Shown here piece by piece: positions 8,984-19,874 of a stretch of 64,000 nucleotides of DNA. The stretch is from the NCBI GenBank assembly GCA_038128265.1, contig JAYPJE010000016.1, forward strand, positions 13,650 through 77,649. The letters are read 5' to 3'. Below the pieces are notes generated by a model that ran no database searches, was not told the DNA's origin, and was given only the letters and a program-made list of their open reading frames with translations. Each line of letters opens with the position of its first letter. The stretch's first letter is position 1. Position numbers and translations under genes: made by a program. The stretch comes from Gemmatimonadota bacterium. Its GTDB lineage: Bacteria; Latescibacterota; UBA2968; UBA8231.

Positions 8984-11542
8984 TCAGCCGTCCAGCAGCC
9001 GCACGATGCCGTGCGTTCCATCGACCTCTACTTCCATACCCTCCTCCAATACGCGCATCGCCTGCGCGGCATTGACTACCGCAGGCAACCCCAATTCGCG
9101 CGCCACGAGCGAAGAGTGACTGGCACCGCCGCCGATTTCTACAATCAGGGCCCCGGCGACGAGCATTAGCGGCGTCAGCTGCGGGCTGGCAGCGTGCGTT
9201 ACCAGAACATCCCCTTCGCCCAACACCAGATCGGTCTGACCGGTCCGCACAAAGCGCACGCGGCCGCGCCGGATGCCCGGACTGACGCCTTGGGCTACAA
9301 TCCGTCGACCCTCTGCATCGTCAAAGTATCCCTTTTCCGCGTCGCGCTCTTCGGCTTTACCCAGCACATCGGGCGCATCCAACTGACGCCATTCTTCCCA
9401 AGTGCGGCGCCGTCCCTCAGCCACTGCCTGCAGCGATACAACCTGCTGGCCCTCTTCCAGGGCCTGCAGCGCACCAACAAACTCGTCGCGTTCGAGAAAG
9501 AAGACCGCTTCGGTCGCCTCTACGATGCCGCCATCGACCAGGCGCGTGGCCAGTTCCAGCACGGCGCGCCGCATCAGCGGCCAGCCGTACTGTAGATAGA
9601 AGTTGGCGTCTTCGCGCGCCGACGCATTGGTCTGATAATAGTCGATAAGCGCTGCCATCATCTCGCGCTCAGCCCCTTCAACCTGGCCCAGCACGCGCTC
9701 GACGGTCGCATCGCGCAGCACCGCGGCGCGCGCGCGCTGCTGCTCAGGGGCGACTAACTGGCGACGCGCAAACGCAGCTACCATGCGGCACAGACCTGCC
9801 ACATCTTCGCCGGAGGTCGGCCAGAAAAAGTCGATGCTCGTCAGCTGATGGCCGTATTGGTCTGCATAGGAACGCACGCGCTCGGCCAGCCAATCGGGCA
9901 GCTGTTCGAGCGACGGTTCCGTTTCCAGTAGTTCAACTAACCCATCGGCAGCGCGCACCTGCTGGGCCAGTTCGTAGAGCGCTTGCTGCCCGTCAAACAC
10001 GCGGCTCGGGTAGCCGCTAAAGAGCACGCTAAAGTGTTCGCGCCCTTCTTCGGGTATCTTTTCCTCATAGTGGGGCTTAAACCCCATTTCTTCAAAGCCG
10101 TAGCCGATCGGCGCGATGATATACCATATTTCACCAGCCTCTTCGGCCAGCGTTTCGACCCATTCAACCAGTTCGCGCGCACGGCCCTGCGCGACATCGC
10201 GTCGACGATGCTGGTCGAAGTGTTCGACGTAGCCCGGCAGCAATGTGCGATGCCAGTGGCGCAGGTGCTCTTTGCCCTCCTGCATATGACGCAAGCGCTC
10301 CTGGCGCTTCTCTTCTTCGCTCTTTTCCGCTTCGCCCTCTTTCTTGCCGCGATGGGGAAAATTTTGTCGCGTATAGAAATAGCCATTGACCAGGCAAAAC
10401 CACGGATGCGGCATCGAAAAAGTAGGGCGGTGCTTCCATCCCAATCGACCGGTACCAAACTGCTCGCGCGCCGCCACTAGCTTCGGCAGAATCCACGAGC
10501 CAAACAGCGGCGTCACCGCTTCGGGCAACCACTCACCCAGGCGCCAGTTGCGCCGCCAGCGCGCGTTGGGAATGGGCGTTTTCCATTCGACGCCTTCGCT
10601 TTCGCGCCGCTGCACTAGGGGGCGCGCCTGCAGCAGGTAGAGCTGGTCGTCGACCAGCGCCCACTCCACGTCCTGCGGATCACCCCCTAGCCCTTCTTCT
10701 ACGCTAAGGGCAAGCCTAGCGACGCGGCCGGCCTCTTCGTCGCTCAGTGCACGTCCAGACCCGTCGACAGATACCGCTTCGGTACCGCCATCTTCTCCGG
10801 CTACAATCTGCTCGCTCTGGCCGCCCGCCTCGTAGCTGAGCACAGCGCCCGAGGTGCGCGCAATCACCACCTCATCAGCTGCTACCTGACCGGATACCGT
10901 GCCCTCGCCCAAGCCCAGCGCCGCCGATACGTAAACCTGCTCGTAGTCGCCGCTGAGCGGGTGTACGGTAAACGCAACGCCCGCCGTCCGAGCCGGTACC
11001 ATAACCTGTATGACGACGCCCATGCGCAGCGGCTGAGCCGACATGTCGAGGGCGCGCAAATAGCCTATGGCCCGATCGCTGTACAGCGAAGCCCACACGC
11101 CCTTCAACGCATCGATGCAGGCTTCCAACGAGCGCAGATTGAGAAAGGAGTCGTGCTGTCCGGCAAAGGACAGATCGGCGCGGTCCTCCAGCGTCGAAGA
11201 GGAGCGCAGCGCCACCGGTTCATTGCCCAGTGCGGCCAGCGCTTGGCGCAGCGCTTCACACACATCATCTGGCATCTGGCCGGCAGCGATCAGGTCGCGC
11301 AGGCGGGCCGGCCGCGTGCCCAACTCGGCCGGCGGGCACGCGTCGATTTCGCCCAGTAGCTCGGCGGCGGCATCCGCGCTGCCGTTGGCCGCCAAGAAGT
11401 GCGGGAGGACATCGCCCGTTATGGCGAAACCAGGCGGCACGGCAAAGCCCGCCGCGCTGAGCTGCGAGAGGCGCGCTGCCTTGGGGCCACAGCGCCAGGC
11501 CGCATCGCCGTGCGCCTGACCAAACGGCCGTATGTAGTCCAC
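8984..11542 (-). CDS. PEP-synthase/rifampin-phosphotransferase-like protein (ATP-grasp, central domain, phospho-His swivel)
   Basis: GPKAARL, VPPGF, RSS..ED...SFAGQHDS, DVEW, LLQARP; C-terminal GGGASHSSLVARELGLPAV. Confidence 0.85.
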   Translation of the reverse strand: MDYIRPFGQAHGDAAWRCGPKAARLSQLSAAGFAVPPGFAITGDVLPHFLAANGSADAAAELLGEIDACPPAELGTRPARLRDLIAAGQMPDDVCEALRQALAALGNEPVALRSSSTLEDRADLSFAGQHDSFLNLRSLEACIDALKGVWASLYSDRAIGYLRALDMSAQPLRMGVVIQVMVPARTAGVAFTVHPLSGDYEQVYVSAALGLGEGTVSGQVAADEVVIARTSGAVLSYEAGGQSEQIVAGEDGGTEAVSVDGSGRALSDEEAGRVARLALSVEEGLGGDPQDVEWALVDDQLYLLQARPLVQRRESEGVEWKTPIPNARWRRNWRLGEWLPEAVTPLFGSWILPKLVAAREQFGTGRLGWKHRPTFSMPHPWFCLVNGYFYTRQNFPHRGKKEGEAEKSEEEKRQERLRHMQEGKEHLRHWHRTLLPGYVEHFDQHRRRDVAQGRARELVEWVETLAEEAGEIWYIIAPIGYGFEEMGFKPHYEEKIPEEGREHFSVLFSGYPSRVFDGQQALYELAQQVRAADGLVELLETEPSLEQLPDWLAERVRSYADQYGHQLTSIDFFWPTSGEDVAGLCRMVAAFARRQLVAPEQQRARAAVLRDATVERVLGQVEGAEREMMAALIDYYQTNASAREDANFYLQYGWPLMRRAVLELATRLVDGGIVEATEAVFFLERDEFVGALQALEEGQQVVSLQAVAEGRRRTWEEWRQLDAPDVLGKAEERDAEKGYFDDAEGRRIVAQGVSPGIRRGRVRFVRTGQTDLVLGEGDVLVTHAASPQLTPLMLVAGALIVEIGGGASHSSLVARELGLPAVVNAAQAMRVLEEGMEVEVDGTHGIVRLLDG

Positions 11543-11553
11543 GAGCGCTCTCC

Positions 11554-12489
11554 CTAACTCGTCAAGATGGCACCGAGCGCCTGCCTATCTTCGCCGCTCA
11601 GTTCCCACTCGACGCCGGCGGCATTGGCCACGACCTGTTCGGGCTGCGTCGCTCCGGCGATAACTGACGACACGGCCGGCTGGGCGCACAGACCGGCAAT
11701 GGCCAGCTCCAGCAGCGAGTGCCCGCGTTCCTGCGCAAAGGTTTCTAGCGCTTCGAGTATGGAAAAATTGGCGTCGGTGAGCAGCTGCTCGCCGCGCTCC
11801 GATCCGGTCAAACGCGCTCCTTCGGGCGGCTCCTGGCCGCGGCGGTACTTGCCGGTCAACAGGCCCGATTCCAGCGGGAAAAAGGGTATTATGCCCACGC
11901 CGTACTCCTCGCAGTAGGGCACGACCTCACCCTCGATATCGCGCTTGAGCAGGTTGTAGTAATTTTGCACCGAAACAAAGGGCTCCAGCCCGTCGCGCCG
12001 TGCCGCCCACTCGGCTTCGCACAGGTGCCAGGCGGCAAAATTTGAGCAGCCTATATAGCGCACTTTGCCCTGACGCACCAAATCATCTAAGGCGCGCAGC
12101 GTCTCTTCTATCGGCACGCTGCGATCGACGCGATGAATCTGGTAGAGGTCGATATAGTCCGTCTGCAGGCGCTGCAAGCTCGCCTCGACGCAGGTCATAA
12201 TATGCTGGCGCGACCCCCCCATCCCCATCGGACCGTCGTGCATCTTCATGCCAAATTTCGTGGCGATCAACACGCTGTGGCGACGCCCTCTGAGCGCTTG
12301 ACCGATGTGCGTCTCAGACTCGCCTGCTGAATAGATATTGGCCGTGTCAATAAAGTTTACGCCCACCTCCAGCGCCGCATCGAGCACGCGTGCGCTCTGA
12401 GTTGCATCGCAGCGCCTACCGAAGTTATTCGTTCCCAATCCCAACAGCGATACTTCGAGGCCGGAGCGACCCAGGCGTCGGTATTTCAT
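11554..12489 (-). CDS. Aldo/keto reductase
   Basis: MKYRRLG.SGL.VS, FIDTANIY, SLQRLQTDYIDLYQIH, GKVRYIGCSN. Confidence 0.95.
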   Translation of the reverse strand: MKYRRLGRSGLEVSLLGLGTNNFGRRCDATQSARVLDAALEVGVNFIDTANIYSAGESETHIGQALRGRRHSVLIATKFGMKMHDGPMGMGGSRQHIMTCVEASLQRLQTDYIDLYQIHRVDRSVPIEETLRALDDLVRQGKVRYIGCSNFAAWHLCEAEWAARRDGLEPFVSVQNYYNLLKRDIEGEVVPYCEEYGVGIIPFFPLESGLLTGKYRRGQEPPEGARLTGSERGEQLLTDANFSILEALETFAQERGHSLLELAIAGLCAQPAVSSVIAGATQPEQVVANAAGVEWELSGEDRQALGAILTS

Positions 12490-12558
12490 AGCACACCCCT
12501 TTGTATGAGAGAAGTAGATCCGCGCAGAGCGCAAACGTTTCTGGGACCGTCTTTGACT

Positions 12559-14340
12559 TTAGGTTAGTTGGGCACTCCCCGCGCCGGCTTCGCCATCTCT
12601 GTACTGCAGCTGATGCAGGCGGTAGTAGATGCCGCGCTGTGCCAGCAATTCTTCGTGGCGTCCCTCTTCGCGGATCTCGCCGTGGTGCATCACCAAAATA
12701 TTATCCGCGTTGCGGATGGTCGACAGGCGATGGGCAATAACGATCGACGTGCGGCTCTGCATTAGGTTTTCCACCGCTTCCTGAATCCACATTTCCGTTT
12801 CCGTATCGACGCTGGCCGTCGCCTCGTCGAGCACCAGTATATCCGGGCTGCTGGCCAGGGCGCGTGCAAAGGAAATGAGCTGGCGCTGACCGGCCGAAAA
12901 CGACGCGCCGCGTTCGCCGACCTGATGCCCATATCCATCGGGCAGCTTGTGTATAAAGCGATCGGCATTGACGCTGTGCGCGGCCTGCTCGACCTGCGCG
13001 CGCGTTATGCTGTCACTGCCAAGCGCGATATTGCGCTCGACGTCGCCACTGAACAAAAAGACGTCCTGCTGCACAATACCCACTCGGCGGCGCAGGGCCT
13101 GCACGTCCCACTGGCGAATATCGACCCCGTCGACGCGAATAGCCCCACGCTGAATATCGTAAAAGCGGCAAACGAGGTTGATAATGGTGCTCTTGCCCGC
13201 GCCAGTGGCGCCGACGATAGCCACGCTCTGACCGGGTTCGACGCGGAACGAAACGTCGCGCAGCACCCAATCCTCGTCGTTATAGGCGAAAAACACGCCG
13301 TCAAATTCTATGGCCCCCTGCAAATTCGCCTGCGCGTATCCATCGCCAACCGGCTCGGGTGCGCTGTCGACCAGCTCGAATATGCGCTCGGAAGAAGCCA
13401 TGGCAATTTGCAGCGTATTATAGCGCTCGGCAATATCGCGAATCGGCATAAAGAAGCGCGGCACATACTGCAGCATAGCCACCAGCACACCCCACTGGAT
13501 TTCCGCGCCAATCACCTGGCCTCCGCCATACCAAAGAATGAGCGCCAACAGCGAAGACCCGGCCAATTCCATAAAGGGGAAATAGATCGAATGGTAGAGC
13601 GTGCTCTGCACGCGCGCTTCGAGATAGCTGTCGTTGCCGCGATCAAAGCGCTCGGCGGCTCGGCGCTCAAAGCCAAATAGCTGCACGACCTCAATACCGG
13701 ATAAACTCTCCTGCAGCGACGCGCTAAAGCTATCAAAGCGCGTGCGCGCGATGCGATAAGCCTGAAAGGTTTTTTTCTGCAGCCAGAACGTGACCGCGGC
13801 GGCCAGCGGCAGGACCGCACAGGTCAGCGCGCCCAACTCGACGTCCATGTAAAATATGTAGGCGAGAATGGTCAGGATGGTGAGTATATCGCTCAGCATC
13901 GACACCACGCCATCGGTAAATAGCTCGTTAAGCGCATCGACATCGCTGGTGTTGCGCGCCATTAAACGCCCAATGGGGGTGCGGTCAAAAAAGCGCAGCG
14001 GCAGCTTCTGCATGCACGAAAAGATCTGCGCGCGCACGTCGCGCATGGCCCACTGGCCCACCATACTGGTGGTCCAACTCTGCGCATAACCGACGATAAA
14101 CTGCACCACGAGCAGGCCGAGAAAGATGCCAATAATCCAGCCCAACCCCTCGCGATCACCGGTCAGCACATAGTCGTCAATCGCGACCTTGGTGAGGAAA
14201 GGCCCCCCCTGGCGCGCGGCCGACGATACGAGGATGAGCGCAAAAGTAAAGACTACCCAACCCGCATAGGGTCGCAGATACCCTAACAGACGCACCAGTA
14301 GCTTGGGATCGACGCCTTTGGTCTCAAGCGCTTCTTCCAC
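12559..14340 (-). CDS. ABC exporter half-transporter (TMD+NBD), Walker B Glu subunit
   Basis: GATGAGKS, FSAGQ, ILVLDE, IAHRLS; hydrophobic N-terminal half. Confidence 0.95.
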   Translation of the reverse strand: MEEALETKGVDPKLLVRLLGYLRPYAGWVVFTFALILVSSAARQGGPFLTKVAIDDYVLTGDREGLGWIIGIFLGLLVVQFIVGYAQSWTTSMVGQWAMRDVRAQIFSCMQKLPLRFFDRTPIGRLMARNTSDVDALNELFTDGVVSMLSDILTILTILAYIFYMDVELGALTCAVLPLAAAVTFWLQKKTFQAYRIARTRFDSFSASLQESLSGIEVVQLFGFERRAAERFDRGNDSYLEARVQSTLYHSIYFPFMELAGSSLLALILWYGGGQVIGAEIQWGVLVAMLQYVPRFFMPIRDIAERYNTLQIAMASSERIFELVDSAPEPVGDGYAQANLQGAIEFDGVFFAYNDEDWVLRDVSFRVEPGQSVAIVGATGAGKSTIINLVCRFYDIQRGAIRVDGVDIRQWDVQALRRRVGIVQQDVFLFSGDVERNIALGSDSITRAQVEQAAHSVNADRFIHKLPDGYGHQVGERGASFSAGQRQLISFARALASSPDILVLDEATASVDTETEMWIQEAVENLMQSRTSIVIAHRLSTIRNADNILVMHHGEIREEGRHEELLAQRGIYYRLHQLQYRDGEAGAGSAQLT

Positions 14341-14341
14341 C

Positions 14342-16111
14342 CTAGAGCGCCTCCAACTCGCTGCTCAAGTTCTGGCGTCGGCACATATCGGCGTAGATCC
14401 CGTCATGCGCTACCAGCTGTTCATGCGTACCCAATTCCACCACGCGCCCCTCGTCGAGGACGGCAATTTGATCGGCGTCTTTCACGGTCGATATGCGATG
14501 GGCAATGATGATGGTCGTGCGGTCGGCCATAATGCCGCGCAGCCCTTTGAGAATCTCCTCTTCGGTGTGGGTATCGACAGCGGCCAGCGCATCGTCGAGT
14601 ATGAGGATTTTCGGTTTGCGTATGACGGCGCGCGCTAGGGCCGTGCGCTGTTTTTGGCCACCCGAAAGCGTGACGCCGCGCTCGCCCACAACGGTTTCTA
14701 GCCCCCGCGGAAACGACGACAGATCCGTTGCCAGCTGTGCGACCTCTACGGCTTCCTCTACGGTTCCCTCGATCGAATGCTCGGAGCCGAGCAGCACGTT
14801 TTCGCGCAGCGTCTCGGAAAAGAGAAAGGTCTCTTGGGGCACATAGCCGATGGCTTCGCGCAAATCGCCAAGGGGAATTTGCCCAATGGGCACGCCGTCG
14901 ACCAGCAGCTGACCGTCGGTGCCTTCGATGAGCCTCGGGATAAAGCGCGCCAGCGTCGTCTTGCCCGAGCCAACGCGTCCGACAATAGCCAGCGTGCTGC
15001 CGGCCGGCACGCGCACGCTGACGTTCTCCAGCGCCGAACGGCCATCGTACGAAAATGAGGCCGAGCAGAATTCCACCTCGCCGCGCAGCGCCATGCGCTC
15101 GGCCCCGCCCAGCGACTGCGGCTGCTCATCGAGCACGCTCTGAATGCGTCCCATCGAAGCAACGGCGCGCTGGTATTCGTCGACGATGCGTCCCAGCAGC
15201 ATCATCGGCCGACCCATGCGAATTAAATAGGCGTTAAAGGCGACAAAAGCACCCAAGCTCATCGCCCCGTCGATTACGCGCAGCCCACCCAACCATAGGA
15301 TAACCAGCATCGAAGCGCCGTTGAGCAGAAATGTAAAGGGGAAAAACAGCGCGCGAATTTTAACGAGTCGGCGGTTGTGTTCGACGTATTCCTCGTTGAG
15401 CTTGGCAAAGTCTTCGACCTCGGACCCTTCCAGCGCATAGGCCTTGACCACGCGCATACCGGAGAGGTTTTCCTGAATGTGCGCTACCATTTCGGCAAAC
15501 TGTTCCTGGACTTTGCGGTAGCCGCTGCGCACTTTCTCGCCCACCCAGCGCGTAGTCAGCACCATAACCGGCATGGGCAGCAGCGACAGCACAGCTAGCT
15601 GCCAGTCGATAAAGCACATCAGAACCAGCGTGAGCACAAAGGTCAGCGCTCCCGTCAGCGACATGCGAAAGGCATGGTGCAAAAAGCGCTGAATCGCCTC
15701 AACATCGTTGGTGGCACGCGCCATCAGATCGCCGACGCGTCGCTGGTGAAAGTAGGATAAGGGCAGGCGCAGCAGGTGGTTGACATAGGCGCTGCGGATA
15801 TCGCGCTCGACCTTGCGCGAGACGATTGTCAGATAGTAGCGCATGCCGATCGACAGCAGCCAGTTGAGCAGGGACAAACCAGCGATGAGGCCGGCGTAGA
15901 AGACCAGATCGCCTCTGATACTGCCCGTTTGATAGGTCGGTGCAGCCGCGTCGCTCAGCGCCATTTCGATCGCCTCAATGCCCCACTGCATCAGCTTGGG
16001 AATCATCAGCGATATGGCCAGCGTCACAAAGAGCAGAAACAGGCCGAGTCCGACTTGGCCCCGATAGGGTTGGAGAAAATGGGCAAAGGGTTGAAAGAGA
16101 TTAAAACGCAA
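14342..16111 (-). CDS. ABC exporter half-transporter, degenerate Walker B subunit
   Basis: GRVGSGKT, LSGGQ, ILILDD, IAHRIS. Confidence 0.95.
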   Translation of the reverse strand: MRFNLFQPFAHFLQPYRGQVGLGLFLLFVTLAISLMIPKLMQWGIEAIEMALSDAAAPTYQTGSIRGDLVFYAGLIAGLSLLNWLLSIGMRYYLTIVSRKVERDIRSAYVNHLLRLPLSYFHQRRVGDLMARATNDVEAIQRFLHHAFRMSLTGALTFVLTLVLMCFIDWQLAVLSLLPMPVMVLTTRWVGEKVRSGYRKVQEQFAEMVAHIQENLSGMRVVKAYALEGSEVEDFAKLNEEYVEHNRRLVKIRALFFPFTFLLNGASMLVILWLGGLRVIDGAMSLGAFVAFNAYLIRMGRPMMLLGRIVDEYQRAVASMGRIQSVLDEQPQSLGGAERMALRGEVEFCSASFSYDGRSALENVSVRVPAGSTLAIVGRVGSGKTTLARFIPRLIEGTDGQLLVDGVPIGQIPLGDLREAIGYVPQETFLFSETLRENVLLGSEHSIEGTVEEAVEVAQLATDLSSFPRGLETVVGERGVTLSGGQKQRTALARAVIRKPKILILDDALAAVDTHTEEEILKGLRGIMADRTTIIIAHRISTVKDADQIAVLDEGRVVELGTHEQLVAHDGIYADMCRRQNLSSELEAL

Positions 16112-16135
16112 GTGGCCTCTTCAGGTTGGTCTGTA

Positions 16136-17950
16136 TCAGGTTGATTCTATGTGCTCACCGCGCCACAGATGCCGCATTTCCTCGCAGTCCTTGAGCAGCT
16201 CGCGCAGCGTGCCCACCGCTTCTATTCGGCCCTCTTTTAGCACGATAATTTGGTCGGCTCGCTCCAGCGCCGGCCGCCGGTGCGATACCACCAGCGATGC
16301 CCCGCGGCGAGCGGCAAATACCCTATCCCACAGCACATTTTCCGTTTCTATATCGAGCGCCGACGAAAGGTCATCAAATACGTACAGCCCAGCGTGTCGC
16401 ACAAACATCCGCGCCGCCGCCGTGCGCTGCATTTGCCCTCCCGAGAGCTTGACGCCGCGCGGCCCGACCAACGTATCAAGCCCTCCTTCCAGCGTCGGCA
16501 GATCGTCCTCCATAACGCCCAAGCGAATGGCTTCGACAACCGCGTCCGGCTGGTAGGGCACGCCCATCAATATATTATCAAGCAGTTTTTCGCTAAACAG
16601 ACGTGGAACCTGTGGCGTATAGGCGCAGCGCGGTGGCACAAAAAAGGATCGGGCATCTTCTACGGCCTGACCATTCCAAACGATGCGGCCGTCTTGCTTG
16701 GGCAATACGCCGAGCAGAGTGCGCAACAGCGTAGTCTTACCGGAACCAATGCGTCCGGTCACGACGTTAAACGAATCGGGGCCGAGGTCGAAGTCGATGT
16801 CGTGCACGCCGTTGGTCGAGTTGTCAAAAACGTGCTTGAGGCCGCGCACTTCTAGCCTTTCCAAGCGACCGCTATCAACGGCTGCGACCCCAGCAACATC
16901 CGGCGCTTCTTCCGTCAAATAAACCGGCCCGTGCTGAACCAATTCATCGGAGCGGCCTAATTCAGCCGTGCGCTCCATGCGGGCGAGCGAGACTTCGGCG
17001 CGCCGGTGCTGGGCCATAACCGAGCCAATGAGCGAGCCGCTGCGCGCCACTTCCCCCACGTAGGTAGTAAAGAGCGCAAAGTCGCCGACGGTGAAATGCC
17101 CCGTGCGCATTTGCTCTGCCACCATAATTAGAATGGCGCCGGTGGCAATATGGCTGATGTTAAAGTTGATCGAAAACAGCATCTGCGTGAATAGGTTATC
17201 GACCAGCGTCGACTTGCGCCGCGCATCGTTGAGGCGACGGAAGCGATTGACTACCGGCTCTTCGGTGGTAGCAACCTGAATCGCCAGCACCGAGCTAAAC
17301 ATTTCGTTGGCGAAATTGGTCGCCGCTTCGGTCGCTGCACGCTGGGCCGCTCGGTAGCGCTGGATGTGCTTGCGAGCAATATCTACGATAGTGACGATGA
17401 GAATACTCGGCACGACAGTGACCGCCGTAACGGCTACGTCTATCTTGGCCATATAGCTAACGGCCAAGATGGCAAAGATCATATTGCCCCATAGGTTGAC
17501 GTATTGCTCCAGATAGCGCACCACCGCCTCCACATCGTCGCGAAAACGGTTGGTCGCCTCGCCGGACGAGACGCTGACCCGGCGCGGATTCTGCACTTCT
17601 AACACGGCTTTCAGCAAGTTTTTGCGCAGCAGCGATTCGACGTGAAAACGCCAGCGGACGCCGACGAGTGCCGCAATAAAGAGCGTGGCGCGATCGCCAA
17701 ATTCTAGCAAGATAAAAAATACCACCAGCGTCCAGGCGTTGAAGCCGACGGCCGCCTCTCCGCTCAGCGCGTTAAAAAACGCCTGCATGATCAGTCCGAC
17801 CGCGAAGGGCTGCAGATCGTCGAGGCCGCGAAAAAATACGGTGGCCAGAAACAGCCCCGGCCGATAGCGCAACAGCTTGAGCGCCGTCTGTCCCGTCGTC
17901 ATACCATCTGTCTCGGAGAAGGCCGTGCTGTCTGCAGATTGCGCGCTCAT
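16136..17950 (-). CDS. ABC exporter half-transporter, degenerate Walker B subunit
   Basis: [23 protein letters not shown]. Confidence 0.95.
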   Translation of the reverse strand: MSAQSADSTAFSETDGMTTGQTALKLLRYRPGLFLATVFFRGLDDLQPFAVGLIMQAFFNALSGEAAVGFNAWTLVVFFILLEFGDRATLFIAALVGVRWRFHVESLLRKNLLKAVLEVQNPRRVSVSSGEATNRFRDDVEAVVRYLEQYVNLWGNMIFAILAVSYMAKIDVAVTAVTVVPSILIVTIVDIARKHIQRYRAAQRAATEAATNFANEMFSSVLAIQVATTEEPVVNRFRRLNDARRKSTLVDNLFTQMLFSINFNISHIATGAILIMVAEQMRTGHFTVGDFALFTTYVGEVARSGSLIGSVMAQHRRAEVSLARMERTAELGRSDELVQHGPVYLTEEAPDVAGVAAVDSGRLERLEVRGLKHVFDNSTNGVHDIDFDLGPDSFNVVTGRIGSGKTTLLRTLLGVLPKQDGRIVWNGQAVEDARSFFVPPRCAYTPQVPRLFSEKLLDNILMGVPYQPDAVVEAIRLGVMEDDLPTLEGGLDTLVGPRGVKLSGGQMQRTAAARMFVRHAGLYVFDDLSSALDIETENVLWDRVFAARRGASLVVSHRRPALERADQIIVLKEGRIEAVGTLRELLKDCEEMRHLWRGEHIEST

Positions 17951-19659
17951 ACCAAGACCTTCTCCAACCCTGCAGATAGCAGCTGGGAAAAGCGCGATTG
18001 GGGGTCGCGTGCCAGCGCCGCGCGATCGCCGTGTTCGGCGATTTGCCCGCCCTGAAGCACCATGATCTCATCGACTTTTTCCACCGTCCCCAGGTGGTGT
18101 GCGATGATAATGCCCGTGCGCCCCTGCAGCAGCTTTTGCACGGCGCGATCAATGCGCGCCTCCGTGGCCGGATCGAGGCGCGATGAGGGCTCGTCGAGAA
18201 TGACGATGCCCGGATCCTTGAGGAAGACGCGGGCGAAGGCCAGTAGTTGCGCTTCCCCTGCCGACAGTGCACCGGAACTGACGTTGGAGTCTAGGCCTTC
18301 GGGCAGCGCGCGATACCACGGCCCCAACCCAAGTTCTTCAATGGCCTCCAGCAAGCGCTCATCGGCTATTCCTTCGGTAAAGAGCGACAGGTTTTCGCGC
18401 AGGCTAGCGTTGAAAATCTGCACGTCCTGCGTGACCATGCCCACCTTGCCGCGCAGGGCCTCTAAGCGCACTTGGTCTAGCGGCTGTCCACCGACGCGGA
18501 TCTGCCCTGTATCTACATCGTAAAAGCGGAACAGCAGACGCGTCAGCGTTGTCTTGCCACTGCCAGTGCGTCCAAGCAGACCCAGCACGCGCCCCGGCTG
18601 CAGGGCAAAGGAGACATCGCGCAGCACCGGCTCGCCGTCAAAATAGCCAAAGGTAACCCCGTCGAATTCGACCCCAAGCGCTTGGCCTGTAGGCAGGTCG
18701 CCTGTGCTATCCGCGATGCGCGTGCGCGTGCGAAAGAGTGCCTCAATACGTTTAAAGCCCGCTGTGGCTTTCTGCAGGTCGTTGATTTGTCGACTGATTT
18801 GAAAGAGCGGCCAGCGCAGCATTGACGTATAGTGAAAAATGAGATAGACCGCACCGATGGTGAATATGCCCTCACCATACAGCCAGATGCCCATACCCAT
18901 CGAAAGCGCATGGCCAAAGGTAAATAGAATGGTCGTGATAGAGCGCAGCACCGCGCCCATAGTCTCGGAGCGCACGGCGCGCCCGTAGGCATCTCGGTTG
19001 ACACTAAAAAAGCGGTTGGCAATATAGGCGACCGCCCCGTTGGGGCGAATATCTTCGATGCCGGCCAATCGCTCCTCTAAAAAGCCGTAGAGACGGGAAT
19101 AGCCTTCGCGCTCGGCCGCGTAGTGCGGCACCGCCATACTGCGCGTGAGGTTGTAGACAAAAAAGGCAATGATGGTAAACACGCTCATCGCCACGCCAAT
19201 GCGCCAGTCCTCGCGAAAGAGCAGTGCCAATACACCGAAGAGAAAGAAGATGCTGCCGATGACCTGCACGACAAATTCGGAAAAAAAATTGGATAGCGCC
19301 GTGGCATCGCCGTCGACGCGCTCGACCATCTCACCCGGCGTGCGCTCGTGATGAAAGGACATATCTAAGCGCAAACAGTGCTCGGCCAAATCGCCGCGCA
19401 TGGTATTGGTTGCCCGCCACCCAACGTCCTGTCCCAAGTACGAACCGGCCAAATAGACCAGCTGTCGACAAATACCGATAGCCAAAAAGAGCAGCGCGGC
19501 ATTGGTCAATTCGCCCACCGCGCCGCCCTCGCGCGCCGTATCGATAAAGTAGCGGACGATCTGCGGGTTGAGCAGGTTCATGCCAATACCAGAAAAAATA
19601 CAGACCGACAGCAGCACCACGCGCATCTTGTAGGGTTTTAGATACTGGCCCAGCAGCAC
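17947..19659 (-). CDS. ABC exporter half-transporter, Walker B Glu subunit
   Basis: [19 protein letters not shown]. The frame stays open upstream without ATG, so the start is uncertain. Confidence 0.93.
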   Translation of the reverse strand: MLLGQYLKPYKMRVVLLSVCIFSGIGMNLLNPQIVRYFIDTAREGGAVGELTNAALLFLAIGICRQLVYLAGSYLGQDVGWRATNTMRGDLAEHCLRLDMSFHHERTPGEMVERVDGDATALSNFFSEFVVQVIGSIFFLFGVLALLFREDWRIGVAMSVFTIIAFFVYNLTRSMAVPHYAAEREGYSRLYGFLEERLAGIEDIRPNGAVAYIANRFFSVNRDAYGRAVRSETMGAVLRSITTILFTFGHALSMGMGIWLYGEGIFTIGAVYLIFHYTSMLRWPLFQISRQINDLQKATAGFKRIEALFRTRTRIADSTGDLPTGQALGVEFDGVTFGYFDGEPVLRDVSFALQPGRVLGLLGRTGSGKTTLTRLLFRFYDVDTGQIRVGGQPLDQVRLEALRGKVGMVTQDVQIFNASLRENLSLFTEGIADERLLEAIEELGLGPWYRALPEGLDSNVSSGALSAGEAQLLAFARVFLKDPGIVILDEPSSRLDPATEARIDRAVQKLLQGRTGIIIAHHLGTVEKVDEIMVLQGGQIAEHGDRAALARDPQSRFSQLLSAGLEKVLV

Positions 19660-19773
19660 CGCATACGCGCGTAGAGGGACGCGCTCGACGGCGGTGCCAT
19701 CTTCGGCACGCGTGCTTTTTATCTGTTCTTCCAGAGGGATCTGATCCGTAGAGAGGGTTGACCGGCAACTTGC

Positions 19774-19787
19774 ACTGACCGGTCAGT
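19774..19787. promoter_or_regulatory. Perfect palindrome ACTGACCGGTCAGT, candidate operator
   Basis: 14-bp palindrome upstream of the ABC operon; related TTGACCGGCAA immediately adjacent. Confidence 0.55.
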
Positions 19788-19874
19788 TCAGTTTATGGGC
19801 AAAAAATATATCAACGGGCCTGTTCACTGCGCAAGCCCACAGCGAGCATACCGCTTAAAATACCTTAGAAACCA

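Noticed and set aside
8984..11542. Calling it ppsA or rph
   Set aside because: It lacks the C-terminal PEP-binding barrel of PpsA, and rifampin specificity cannot be read from the central domain.
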